Shown here: positions 27,345-40,831 of the stretch, piece by piece | How the letters are laid out: each line of letters opens with the position of its first letter | Position numbering within the stretch: position 1 is the first letter of the stretch | Assembly: GCA_040954595.2 (NCBI GenBank) | Contig: CM082586.2 | Span: forward strand, 525,123-589,122 | DNA length: 64,000 nucleotides | Direction: 5' to 3' | Source: Balanoglossus misakiensis | Lineage: Eukaryota; Animalia; Hemichordata | Position numbers and translations under genes: made by a program | Notes under the pieces: model-generated | Told to the model about the DNA's origin: nothing | The model's database searches: none | The model's input: the letters and a program-made list of their open reading frames with translations, nothing else

Positions 27345-28813
27345 CAAAGAAGATCACACAATGTGTTTCACAAGGATATTCCCTCGTATGTGAAAATGCT
27401 AACCCGAGACTCGCCGAAAATGACTGAACGATGAGTTAAAATCGGCAAACAAAACTAGATCGGCCATATTTGTAGTGGTCGCCAACAACTGTATAGAATG
27501 GCAACGTGAGCATTAACTTCTCACATGACACAAATCTTGCCGAAAGCAATTTGATCAGAACCCCGTCGGGGCCAGAGTTCATATCAGATGGGTCCATGAC
27601 CTTTCAGCTCGTTACAGATATTGTAATCGTGTCACTGTTATCGTGGGTTGTTATCGCATAGTCGTTGCTGGTGATAATACACAGTGTATATCCGATTCAA
27701 TCGCCACAAATAGCAACAGGTGATTTTTATATGAAAATGTTTTATTTCAATGTCAAAAAGTATGGTGATAATTACAGTGGTCTGATATGTTGATAAACTG
27801 CCAATATTGGTTTTATAAAGAAAACAGCTTTACACAGTTTCTGTGGTTCAACGACCCATAAAAGTATGAATGTAACCATGTAAACAGAACCATGTCGTTT
27901 CCTGACGCTAATAACTTTCCTATACAACCCTGAAGTCACTTGGGACGATACCCCCACCACCAATCACTGTCGGTCAAAATAACATTGCAGACCTAAATAT
28001 AGAACATTTAAAATATTTCTCGATGATGCAGCTGCTTTTAACGATCCGACTCTGTAGCTGAGAGCCGTTGTAAAATTGTGGAAGTACATGTATCCTTTTT
28101 TTTGCGAAATTGGCCGAAATGACCTGTGCGTATGGAAGTACGTTTTGTTTTGAGAATATTGAGTTGCACAATTGATCTGTAGTTGTATGGAAGTTTACGC
28201 TGAAGTGATAGATGTATCTACCGTGTATTTTCGTGTATTGTACTTGGCCTCGGCAGCATTTACCTGTAAGGCAATGACATTTGACCTTTGGTCCAGAGAA
28301 CCCCGCTAATCCAGAAGCCTCCCCAAATCATTCATCAACGATAAGCATGATACAGAAGCTTAGGATTGATTGTTGAGCTGTCTGGTCTTCAGACAGGGGC
28401 GGTTTTTGGTGGGTGTTACAATAAAAATTGGCACTAAAGTCTCTCACAGAAGACAGTGCCTATGTTGCAAGAGCCAAGCCAAGCGCTGAAAGAATCATAA
28501 AATAGAGCACTATCAACAATAAAACTGTTCAACTTAACGACTGTCGATCAATACGAGCGATTGATTGCTCATGGTGGCCGGGCGTCTAAATAACTCTGCA
28601 AAACTGAAAACAACAAACCACACACAAACACTATATGCTTCCTAAAACAAATCACCTGCAACTATATACAATTTCTAATCTGATACCGCTCTATACTTTG
28701 CACAGTTCCCATGGCTAAATTGCGTTGATTAATTGCCCATAGGGGGACTACTGTTCACTGTCACAGCTCTGACACTTTCAGAGTTCTTGGAGAGGCTGCA
28801 TAGACAGCAATAT

Positions 28814-29824
28814 CTACGTCAGTGGGTTTGTGTCTCTCTTATCTTTCTCAAGTCTCCGATTGACGTATTTGACGATGTCAGGTGTGACCTTCAAATTGAA
28901 CTTGAGATCCATCAGTCCCGGGTATGGGGTGTGTGCTCCTTGGCCGGCTCGCTGAATGCTCGGGTAGCCGCAGTCCACCAGGGGATGAGTCGCTGTAATG
29001 AACAACAATCGGTCGAAGAACTCCACGTAATCACCTTGATACTTGAACATCCCTTCTGTCAATTCGCGAACACCGCTCGCTATCTGATAGTTGCTGATAA
29101 TCTCCATCTGTGGCGGAAACTTCTCTTTCAACATCGATAGCCACCGCACTTTCGGGAGAACTATGGGTACAATTTCAATCTCCCACTGAACATCGACGTT
29201 TATTGCTTGCAGATTCTTGATGATATTGATGTATGGTTCCGATCCAGTAACGTCATTGTCGTTGAAACGAGTGTTGGCCGATTTAAAGAAAGGCAACGTA
29301 CTCATAGGACCAGGGCGATGTATAATCAACAACTTGCCGTGTTCTGACAGAGATTTCATGATGAATAGAAATGTGTCCCGGGCGTTCGTGAAATGTTCGA
29401 CAGCATCACGAAGTAAGATCTTGTCAAACGGCGCTGCTTTCTTATCGTAGCCTTCGGCATCCGACGCCAACTCACGGAAATATTCCTCGGCACCGACGTG
29501 AGCGATTTTAAACGGTAACATTCGTTGAGTCGGCGTCTCCTCGTAATGGGTCTTGCCAGGGAAGACGTTTACCATTGGTTCGAGTAAACAGAATTTCTCT
29601 TTAATTTTGGATGCGAGGCTCCCACGACCTGGACCAATGTACGCCAACCTGTCGTTTGTATTCAGCTCTAAATGTTTGTGGACCAAATTGAAAAGTTGTT
29701 CTTCATAAACGTTACCGAAGCTGTATTTTTCCTCTTCTTCCAGGCTTGGTAGTTTCAGTTTGTTCTGCCATTTTTCCGAGATTACAGCGAAAGGCTGCGG
29801 TTGTTCGGGAAGTTTGACGGCCAT
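28814..29824 (-). CDS. Intronless 336-aa class I SAM-dependent methyltransferase-like protein
   Basis: Uninterrupted ORF with good start context (aacATGG). Motif I-like LAYIGPGRG, motif II-like FDKILL, motif III-like LSEHGKLLII. Confidence 0.8.
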   Translation of the reverse strand: MAVKLPEQPQPFAVISEKWQNKLKLPSLEEEEKYSFGNVYEEQLFNLVHKHLELNTNDRLAYIGPGRGSLASKIKEKFCLLEPMVNVFPGKTHYEETPTQRMLPFKIAHVGAEEYFRELASDAEGYDKKAAPFDKILLRDAVEHFTNARDTFLFIMKSLSEHGKLLIIHRPGPMSTLPFFKSANTRFNDNDVTGSEPYINIIKNLQAINVDVQWEIEIVPIVLPKVRWLSMLKEKFPPQMEIISNYQIASGVRELTEGMFKYQGDYVEFFDRLLFITATHPLVDCGYPSIQRAGQGAHTPYPGLMDLKFNLKVTPDIVKYVNRRLEKDKRDTNPLT

Positions 29825-30155
29825 GTTGTGTGTTGGAAAGAATTAGCCGTAGCCCCTTCAAAAGTTTCAAGTTGCAGAGCTATGTACACAAAGGCGCGTG
29901 GGATCAGATCCGACCAACGCAGGTTTTTGCGAATCTATAGCCGTCGTCTGCTCCAAATTAAGTCGTCCACAACTACAGAGCAACCACGGAACGTTTAAAT
30001 ATCCAAAGACGGTGCGTCAGATCAGAAACCTGACAATCCTGTAACCAAGACAGAGCTGGGTGGACGCTGAACCACCACTCTTTGGCATGGAAGACTTTTG
30101 ACAGGTACACAAGGCCGCTTTGTGGCACGACTAAACACGCGAACAATGAACCAGG

Positions 30156-30169
30156 GTTGTCACGGTGAC
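30156..30169. promoter_or_regulatory. RFX X-box-like motif upstream of the methyltransferase-like gene
   Basis: GTTGTCACGGTGAC resembles the X-box GTTNCCATGGNAAC; about 330 bp upstream of the ATG. Confidence 0.3.
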
Positions 30170-32971
30170 AGTCAGTGGTCAAACAAAGAAGGCTGGGGTT
30201 TATCAATGGCGGCAGTATATAACATACGTATATTGGTCTTTTCCAATTGAACGTGCAGAGAATAACACGACACAATTACAACTCATAATATATAACGTAT
30301 CAAATAATTGCTATAATTACACTAAAAATATATTACTTATTCATGAGGTTTTTTGAGTGGTGAGTTCAAACTCCGTGGAACAAAGTTGCTACGACACTGG
30401 TGTTAGACTAATTAATTGGCCAAAGGTATATCCTAAGCTAGTCCGGACAATTGCGTTGAGAGGAAAAAAACTAGGATTATTGCAATCAACAGGCAATGTA
30501 TTGACAGTAGAGAATTTTGTTGTCTGACGATACATCACGTTTGTTCTCCTATCTTTTATTAGCAGCTGGATTTACTGGCATTAAAAATTTAACACTCTCT
30601 ATTGACAGGAAAGCTTGGGTCGGATATTGTGAATTGACGTCGCATCGTAAACCGGTTGCCACGAGAGTGCTGGTTACAAATGTATACAGTGTTCCTTGCA
30701 AACACGCGTTCCAGTCAAGAGCCAAAACTATTGCTACCATGGTACCACCTGGGCAAATATGTGAAGTGCATCGCTAACAAGAAATGGGGGTGGTCAAGTG
30801 CATCACAGATGGAATAGACTGCGCTGGCCACTGGGCACATATGCATACACCCACGTTGTTTGGTTTTGTGAGATAAGTATCGCGTTTAAAGTGCATCGCT
30901 AAGAATCCAAGACGGGTTGGTCAAGTGCACGACTGTTATAAATGGCTCAAGTTGTGGCCAGATGCTGTGGCCAACAAACACACACAGCCGAGGTGGCCGG
31001 TTGTGGTCAGGCCTCATGGTGCATATGCCAAAAGTAAAAACGACGCCAATCAATGTATTTAAATAAAATATAACAAATATGACAAGACTTGCTAAAGAAC
31101 ATATGACTGCACTGGTGACCTTTAGGCAACTCATATTTCAAGGCAGAGCGTTTCAGCATTCACTTGAAGTTTTTTTATTGTGGTATTCAATAGAAAGGTG
31201 GGGTAAGTCATTCGATGAAGTCCTTTCGCGGCAAAATAAACCCAGGACAATGAAGTTTTGGGCATATAATACAAAATGCGAGTTGTAGCCGCTGGGGTAG
31301 TTAATACTGTCATTGAGCACGGAATATATAGATATATTGAGGAATGGAGGTTGGGATCTGAAAGGGGTATACAATTTCAGTGTCCTTTGTCTGAATAAAG
31401 TTTCTGACTTGGATTGAATGAGTTGTCAACATAAAGCACGGGGTCCAATTACCTTACATGAACTAAGGACCGTCTGAAAAGCTACAGTAGATCATGGATA
31501 TAGGGCAACCGTGGTACAAAATTCACCCGTGACTACCGTCCATGTTCTTATTCAATTTTATTTCATTACACATAAACACACTAATCCTGACTCTATCATT
31601 CTAGCGATATAACAAATATATTTTCTCTAAAAAAACTTGTCGGGAAGTACTAAAACTAAGAAGTGAAAATTGTACTGATTCCATTCATAACTTTTGATCA
31701 CGTATGTTTACAGCTAATAGCTAATAGTAATCTTGCGAGGAAACGTAAACAATGTCTTAACATAAACCCATAACTGACTCGTGTACATAAACAAGAACAC
31801 CTTGTGTAACTTCAAAGAAAACTTATGACGTACACATCCGATGCTTTTGGCACTCGTGAAAAATGACGACACCACTTTCGACTGTCACAGTGTTGTGACG
31901 TCATCACCGATAACCCTGTCACCTGGCAAAATAATGGAAGTGTCTGGAGTACTCTATTCCATTAGAATAGACTGAAAAACCTTGTATATGTACAGAATAG
32001 TACCATGATACAAATAGATACGTATCCTTCCTGTCTATAATTGCATTATTTGTATATTAGATCACGTGTTCTATTTTCACGCTGACTTCGATAAATTTCA
32101 TATAGGCCCACAGTTGTATATTTCTGTAAATCGAACTGGACTTAAATGTTGTACACCGATGTCACCCTCAGGGTGTCTAGTACTGAAACTTTAACTTTCA
32201 TACTTATCATGGAACCGACAACAGGTTGTACAAGTGCTGGTATGTAATTCTTCAAAGCCTTGTCTTATTTGGGTGGATCTATCACGTGACTGTTTACCGG
32301 ACTACCGACATGATATAGCTTGCGTGTTTAACGTGTTTTGTGACGACCTTGTTAATGTGAACACGGTGTGGCCGTCCGGTCAACATGACGGGTTGAAAAC
32401 AACATACAAAAGGAATCATATTTTAGTGTTTATCTGTTGATACGATTTGTGTAACATATGGTTGTCTTATATGGTAACATACGTGCGACCTGAATGCATA
32501 CGTCAGCAACCACATCATTAACGCTTGTAAAACATAGAGGTATGGGTGACCAATTCCTGTACACTACTGCAAATGTGGACCAGAAAAAAATCCTCAAAAG
32601 CCACACACCTTTAAACATAATAAACAAAATCATCAATTATACTCTCCAATTGGGTTAAATAGATCCATGACTAAATATGCCATTTATATACATGTTCAAA
32701 TAAAGTTGATATAATGCTGTACTGTTCATAAGTCATTCTTTACCAGTCTGTAACAGCTGATAATATTTTAAAGCAGTAGATGCTTTAAAATTGTTCACCT
32801 CATGCTCACAACAAATCAAGACGAACCACACCCTTGATATCACATTGAATCGGAGATTCACAAAATACTGGTGTGGTTTTTTGTCCATAGTCTTTTGAAG
32901 TGAGTTTTCTGTCGACGCCTGTCATCATTTGTGATCAGGCTGGAGGACGCCTCGGATATAATACGCGGCAT

Positions 32972-35459
32972 TCACATCGATTCAAGAAGTTGTTTGACAT
33001 CCCAGTGTCGGAAGACCTTCACTGAATGATTGCCGCTGTCGGAAACGACGACGTAGCCCTCGGGAGAGATCGTCACTCCTTCGGGTCGGTCCAACTTGTC
33101 CTCTTGATCGCCGATGCAGAGTTTGAAAGCCCCGTCCTTTCCGTACATCACGACGCGATGACACTTGTAATCAGCGACGAAGACGTTGTTGAAGACATCG
33201 ACCGCTACGCCACTAATCTCGCGGAAATGATCCGAGTTGCCGATCTGGAACATGAATTCTCCGTCCGGATTGAGAATCTGAACCCGCCGATTGTGATATT
33301 CGGCGACGATTATCGCATCGCGCTTATTGATCGCCAGATAGCACGGGTAATTGAACTCGGCAGGACCAACTCCTTTCTGGCCAATCTTGTGGACAAATTT
33401 GCCATCTTTGTCGTAGCAGATGATGCAGTTCGAGATACAGTACGAGATGTAGATGTATCCGTGGGAATTCACCGCCACTCCCCACGGGCCTTTGAAACCA
33501 CTCTTCCCGAACTCTTTGGAGTGATGTGATTCAAGAGAGACTTTGTAGAGCCGTTCCGTGGTGAAATCGGTGACTATGAAATGCGTATTGTCCGCGGCTA
33601 TGGCGACATCGCCTGGGTCAAAGCGCTCTCGTGTGAAAAGCCTTCGACGCAGAGTGTCTGGGCTCCATTTTCTTTTGAATTTGCAATCCCATCCAAATAT
33701 CTGCACTCGATGATTGCCGGAGTCACAGACAATGATGTCACCGTGTATAGTGACAGCCACGCCGTGGGGACGTCGAAGTCGACCGATTGCCGTTCCTCTG
33801 CGACCAAACTCGAAAACGAGCTCAGCTCTTCTGGTGGTTTGGTTTCTCCGAGGCCCCGATCCAGCCTCGCCGTTTGATGACACATTCTGTAGGACTTGAT
33901 TGGCAGAGGCTCTGCTTGTGGAGTTCCAAGAGCGACCATGTATCATCGTTCGAGGCACAGCCACTGCACTCGAAGCTCGACTTGAAACGCTGCCTTCTGC
34001 TCCTCTTTGTTCGATCTGCCGTACCATCTGTTCAGTGACTACCACATCCGAATGAGGGCGGTGTCCCTGGTCGCTTTTCCGCTCGGATTCGGTTCTCTCA
34101 TCGTCGCTGTTTTTAATCTCGACGCACACTTCTATGTGCTGGTGGTTTTCTTTGGCATCTTCTTCCGGTAAATCGATTTTCATTAATTCAGGTCTTACAG
34201 GAACCGGCTCGATTTGCACCGTCTCCTCCACACGTTGATTCTCCTTCACTTCATTTACAGTCTCTTGTGTAACCATGGCGCCGTCGACCTCCTCTGTTTT
34301 AATCTCATCTTCAGCCTTATCATCACCGCCGTCTGCTTGTGTTTCAATCACAATCGCTGTTTGTACCACTGTTACAGCACCATCGCTGCCGTCAGCTTCA
34401 TCACGTTTTTCTTCTTCTTCGGTTTCCACATCATCCGAGACAGTCTCTCTTTTCTCATCTATTTCCTCTTTGGCTTCTTTTGACACACCAACCTCTGCAG
34501 CCTTAGTTGTGACATCTGATGCTTCATCTTTCATCTCTTTGGTCGTTTCCTGTCCGCCATCTTTGTCCGTCTTGGATGGTTCTTCATCAATAACCTCAGC
34601 TTCTTTTGTTTTTTCGTTACCATGGTGTTTCTTTTCGTGTGCCTTTTCTCTTTCCTCTTTCTTCTTTTTCTTGCTCACAATTTGTGCTGTGCTTCCGGCG
34701 TGCGAGTATTTTTCCTTTTTCCTTTGTAACCTTCTTTTTTCTTTCTCTTCTCTCGCTTTTTCTCTTACCTGCTTCTCCTTTTCCCTCGCGGCTTCCCTTT
34801 CTGCCTTCTCTTTTTCCCTCGCTGCCTCTTTTTCTGCTCTCTCTTTTTCCTTCGCCTCTTCTCTGTCAACTCTTTCCTGTTCTTTTTGTTTCTCCAATTC
34901 TTCTTGTTGTTTTTTCTTCTCCTTTCTTTTCTCTGCTTCAAGCTCCTGTTTCTTCCTGTACCTCGACGCCGATTTCTGTTCCTGATCGACCGCTTTCACA
35001 TCTTGAGATTCATGACCATTGACTGTGTTGCCATTAACCCTTTCATTTTCGTTGTTGTCATGATCAGATTTGAAGATTTCGTCTGGAGAAACTGTTCGAT
35101 ATTTAGGCACACTGCTTTCTTCTGCAAGGTTATCGCTCTGTGAACAAAAACATCAGACACTCAGACATGCAATGACACGTGGGTTGAATCAACGATACTG
35201 ATTGGGTTATACGTTAGATACAGGTGTACATTTAGAATGATGCTTGTGACCAGGTGTACAGTAATTATTCACTAACGCACTAATGCGATATATTCTTTTG
35301 TTTGACTAACACTTCGCTCACCTGGAAAGCATATAACCTGACACTTCCTTTCGGTGTAAATCGCTTCAACCAAGCGGACGAAAGGTCATCGTCCCCGGCT
35401 ACATATCCAATCTCGCTGTGTTTCCCGGTGACCTTTTTACGTTTGATGTATTTAGACAT
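32972..35459 (-). CDS. NHL-repeat beta-propeller protein (TRIM-NHL-like C-terminus) with a charged/disordered N-terminus and no RING/B-box; about 767 aa; coding exons 35322-35459 and 32972-35137
   Basis: Six NHL-type blades (RPHGVAV..GDIIVCDSGNHRVQIF; FNYPCYLAI; RPEGVTISPEGYVVVSDSGNHSVKVF). An upstream exon MSKYIKRKK..LYAFQ splices in phase 0 (gtgag donor, cacag acceptor) into SDNLAEESSVPKYR. Confidence 0.88.
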
Positions 35460-38400
35460 CGTGATGGAGAGCTCGAAATATGTGTCTCCTTCAAAAGGCG
35501 TTCGCCCGATGTTCAGTCAATATCTGCAAGATAAAGATTAAGAACTCATTTAGGTAGATAATATTACTGCCACATTGCTGAAGATCTTGTATGGTATACA
35601 ACAATCCGTCTCACGCCGCCGCATGCAACAGGTGGTTGAACCTGTCGGTGTGTATTTAGGGAATGTGTGGTCTTAAAGCCCATTACGAACACTTTGTGAC
35701 TGGAATTCGTGGGATGTCAATTAAAACCAGGTCCCTCCACAGGGACCGTGATTAAAACAACAATCATTACGATGATGTTTACAGTGTTGATCGCATTTTT
35801 TCAGAGTGTGGAAAGCAAATAAAACGATCGGAAGGAAAAGTCATGGTGGGTATCACAACGAAAGATCACCTTTCCTCTCAGGCTGATTCTCCTAACATCA
35901 AGTGATTTCAGTCGACCACCAGTTCACGATAATATCGAAGACTGGCGGCGGGTCACTAACAAGAATTAATGCGGCACCGACACTCGCAACTGGCGCCGCC
36001 ATAAAGTATTTGATAGTTTGAAGAAGGCGTTAATATCCATCACCGTTAAACAATCAGGACAATCGCGTTTCACAGTACAGTTCCGTTTACTGTAGGTGTT
36101 GAGTTTCGTTTCTGTTCTTAAGGATACAACTATTCAATGTAAGTAGATTGAATTCACGCTAGTTTGAAACGCGAACATACATTCTCACATAGAGAGTGCA
36201 TGGGGAATACACATTGTAAAGTCATTCAAGCATGTGCAGGGATTATTCTGTCATCACGGCCAATACATTGTCGTCCGTAACTTCTACAAAAGTCTTTTCA
36301 ACAAACAAGACATAAGCAGGACAAACGCAATCCCAATAGTGTTTAATTAATGATCTGTGTTAGAAATCCATTGTCTGGCAGCTCCCGCCGAGAGAACGAA
36401 TTGCCCTAATCTCTTGTCATGTTCATCTTCAAAGACTTAGCATTGGGTGTGGTCAGTTTGTAGCACATTTTCGAACATGCCACCCTCTGCCCTGCATTGT
36501 GCAACTCAAAAACAAATAAAAAATCCAGCCTCAAAATACAGTTTTCTCTGAATCATATATGTTACTCAACTTTGCATATAGTCAAACCAGGCACACTGTT
36601 TTGTTGATTCCAGCAGGCTGGCTCATAATACTTGTGGACATAAATAGATTCGTCGTTTCGTGACTGATGCATAGACGAAGTGGTTTCAGCGTGACCTCTA
36701 TACATAATTATTAATCTACCCTGGCTGGCAAACAGATGTTCGACGTCGAATATTTAAAACACTGCTCTTGAAAACCTAACAATTCCGACTTTACTCTGAG
36801 GCCAAAAAACTTTGTCCACGAGGATACTATTGTTGTATTTATTCGACAGTTCAGGGTCCCGCGTAGTTTACTGGTCAGGCAGTGAACATTTATAAAGGTT
36901 TCTTTCTCAAGCAGCTTTCAAAGTCGGTCATGCGTCAAAGGGAGAAAAGATTTACTGTCAGTGAATAAGTTCACACATTGTGTGACACTGCCCTGCTTAC
37001 CAATCACACGGAACGCATTGACTTTTCAAAAAATCACCTCTCAACATAGACACTCAAGTATATATGGACTTACCACGGTCAATGGAGGGACAGTTGTCTT
37101 AGGCCCTACTTATGAATAATGAAACGTAGATATGGTTGAGAAGAGCTAAGTTCTGACAGGGTTCAATTCCCGAGAAAAAACTAAGCGACCTTGACCATGA
37201 CAAGATCAAGTCTAGAGATGGCAATGACATCTTCTGGTCTTGGTTACTGTTGCAGCGTTCAAACTATGTCAAATTTGGGTGTGGAAGTGACGTTGTAATG
37301 ACATAAAACAAAGTTTAAGGCTGGTGTGTATTTATCGTTTTTTTGTCCACATTCTGATACCCTTAAAAGGCTGGGCTTTTAAGTAATTTATGTCAACAAA
37401 AAATCTGCGCACTACTAGGGCCCAGATATGTCACTGCCCCAGGACAGGCTAGTTTCGAGACCATTGTGTAGTGAACAGACATAAAAACTACAAGGATGTA
37501 TATAGACAAGAATTTTTCAAGTTTGACTGAAATCGACGAGGCAATAACTGCACACTATTTACATTGCTTAAAGAAGTACCTATACATATTGTGATAGCCG
37601 AGGTATGGTGAAACACTTCTGTCCTTTGGAAAGAGCGAGTTTGCGATTTGAAGTGTACAGCAAATATACTCTGTGGCATTCATTCGAACCGGGGATTTTT
37701 TCTGAAAGTGGCAAGGGGATTGTTGAAATCCTTGGAGAGAATCTTTGAATTGTGAATTGACAGCGGGTCACGCTTAGTATGTAGGTTGGCATGTCCATTA
37801 ATCGATGTCGCATTCCATTTCAGGCCCGCGGGACACAATCTCTCGCTCTCCACGGCAGATTTTCGTTTAGAATCACTCAAATCCTACATCATGTAAAGTT
37901 ACAAGAGTGCGTAGGGTTTTCAACAAGAAATGGCACCGGTTTGTTCAGAAATTTTGAGATACTAACTAAGAGATTTTAATCAGGACTATATAATTACACC
38001 ATGATGATATGACCCGGTGTGTACGTTCTTACAAAAGGCACACTTTTTATGTGTCACCAGTAACAACACCCAAAAATATCGATCTTTGCAAAGGCAATCG
38101 ACAAATCGTCCTCTGTCATTTCATGCCGTTTGTGAAACATCATCAAAAAAGTGTTTTTGTGCTTCGCTCAAAAACGGAACTTGTGTCGATGTTGCTTTAG
38201 GCGGATGTTGGAACGAATATTTCAAATGCGATGTGAAAAAAGGCGTCATAATTGGGATGATAATAATATACCAGTGCCTATTTTGGTTGCTACCTGCACC
38301 ATACTCATTAAATATTCACGGTATAGCCTAGTCGTTTACACAATACACGATCGATTTCACCGTCAGACAGAGGAACCACGGTCACTTCACAAAACGTAGC

Positions 38401-40831
38401 GGTCAGGTTTTCACAAATGAATGTTATCAATAGCGGTAAAACATCTGAATTGGTTTAGACAACATGACACAAATGCGTTTGTCGTGTTCGAATGTCCGAG
38501 GAATGTTGCGTAAATCTCAAATGCTGTATAAAAGGCTCAACAAACACTTGAAAATAAAAAGACTGAACAATATAGGTGTCCACCTCTGGAATATGGCGAG
38601 GTGATTAAATAGTTTCACGTTCTGTGACTGAAAAGAGCCGAAGGTGACGGACTGAATACACTTTCGCGGATTCAGAAATGACGCACTTCTGCCAAGTAAT
38701 TTGGAATTTCCTTGTTAATCGCCAGTAGGCTGAACGACTAGACCAGATTGCGTGGGCAGCGAAGAATCTCAGAACTAGGGTTTTCTCGAGTTCAGGCGTA
38801 AAAGTGGAGAGTAGCGTTGACAATCGTTTGCGACAACATCTCCGCTTCACCTTATAAAAATATCCACTGGCATCGTTGAGGACACTAGCGTAGTACAATA
38901 ATGGATCACGCCGATGTCAAACGGCAGTCACAGTCTGTCAGAACGATATTTAAAGCGCGTTCACCGTCACCATGTCGACGAAAGAAGTGACGACAGAACG
39001 GTAATCCCAACAGACATTCGGATATATGGCCGACATGACAATTTTCCACCTCGTCGCTTGTAAAGGTAACAGGGGACAGATATACAACTGAAATCGACAG
39101 CGAAGCGAGCGTGGAAACAGACACCCGAGGCTAAAAATAAACACACGCCTGCATGGAACAGAAGCCAAGCGCTTACCTGTTAATTTTTACAGAATAGGTG
39201 TCGATGTTTTTCACTGCTATTGCAGCTTGTGGTACAAGACATGTACAGTTTATCGTCTGTCGTTCTTCCACTGTTAAAATCTGGACACTTCCACTGTCAA
39301 ATTGCGGCTACAACTTTGCGTCACTGAGGTCAAACAAGAAAAGCGCTGTCCTCCATTGCAGAATACAATGAACGTTGTCCGTGGGGAAGTATTCATTCCA
39401 CTTTCACCTTAATCAGTGGAGAATAGAAATTGCAAACAATAAGCTTCTCACTTTCTGCTCTCTGATTGGACAGTACAGCTTCAGCTTGACCATGGGGCGG
39501 TCAGAACAAAGGGTACATAAAACAAACAAAAGAATGGTCTTTCGCACATACAAGAAAACATCTTTTGTCAAGGTTTTAGCGAGACTCTGGTGGGTACTGC
39601 GAATGCGCTGAAGGTGGAATAAAATAGCAGCTGTTAATTTCGAAGAACGGGTAAAATGAAAGCCACAAAGAATGTCATACTTTTATAGCCAAGGGCAGTC
39701 AAATGGTTTATTACGGGAAAGTGATCAGAACAAAAGAAACTATTGTGTTCTACTTTACGTCTCAGGTGTTACGACATTTGCATGGCACTGGCCTGTCAGA
39801 CAGAGAGAGTGTCCTGGCGATAGCTTGCAACGTGTTTGTTAGCGTTGGTCTGACGCTATGCCTTTTGTATACGTAATGTTAGAGGATCCTATGATATCCA
39901 TCTTTACGGCCCATATGATCCATTGCGTTTTGACAGTAAAACGATACTTTGGCATGAACCTGCATGGTTGCTTGTATTACTGCCTAACAAGGTAGCTATC
40001 TGACCTAATTTGACAAGAAAAAAGCTAGAATAGATACGAAGCTAGTAGGTACAAACATTTACATACTAGTATATGTTTTCTGCCTAGTATGTTTTTTAAA
40101 ATGTACGTAGGGGGCGCTCCACGCAAGGGAAAGCGCCCTCAAGCGACTGATTTTTTCCAGTGTAGAACTGAACACAACTGTTTATTGGATTAACTGCCTT
40201 GGGTGTGACAATGCACTGAAAATAAGTTAACTAAATTCTACTCTTATGTATGAGTGCTAATAAATACAAAAAATACGAGAGATCCAATTTGCAAGTTTAA
40301 TATTTATTGCCTCAATGGCACACCTATACATCAGCATTATTACATATAACAAGATTAAGTTCCAACCATAAAGAAAATTAAATGGTACATTGTCTGAGTA
40401 TATGATTACTAGTGAATGTAAATAAATCACATCTTAACTTTAGTTCTCAAGAATAACTAATGTGTGAGATTGTATGTGTGCATGTGTGCGTGTGTGTGTG
40501 TACGGGGCATGCTATCCCTCACTGTGGTTTCTTGAATGAAACACTATGTTCCACTAAAACTACATACTGGGTTTATGTACATCCTGTATAAACATACCAA
40601 CCGCATTATGTACTGAGTAGTTACAACTTATAACTGTGCAAGCACTTGAAAACATTGGTTAGAAGTATGTTAATATGATTGTACCAGTAACCTGTCCTTT
40701 ATACTTTGTACATGAAGATGGCACAGCCCATCCTGGCTAAGGATTACCATGATGGTGGGTACTGTACAGAAACAATGATAAAACCATGTTTCACTTTCCG
40801 TCTGTGAGAGTTTTACTTCACTGAGTAAAGT

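Noticed and set aside
31130-31420. Possible 3' end of a LINE or Penelope element (aataaagtttctgacttg)
   Set aside because: No recognisable reverse-transcriptase peptide or second copy in the window.
34214-35143. Long plus-strand Ser/Phe/Leu-rich ORFs (similar ones at 14502-15728 + and 54900-55961 -)
   Set aside because: They are antisense shadows of Glu/Lys-rich coding exons and show no independent protein features.
37675-37760. GGTTCGAA B-box-like motif on the minus strand suggesting a tRNA or SINE
   Set aside because: No A-box, acceptor stem or cloverleaf could be built.
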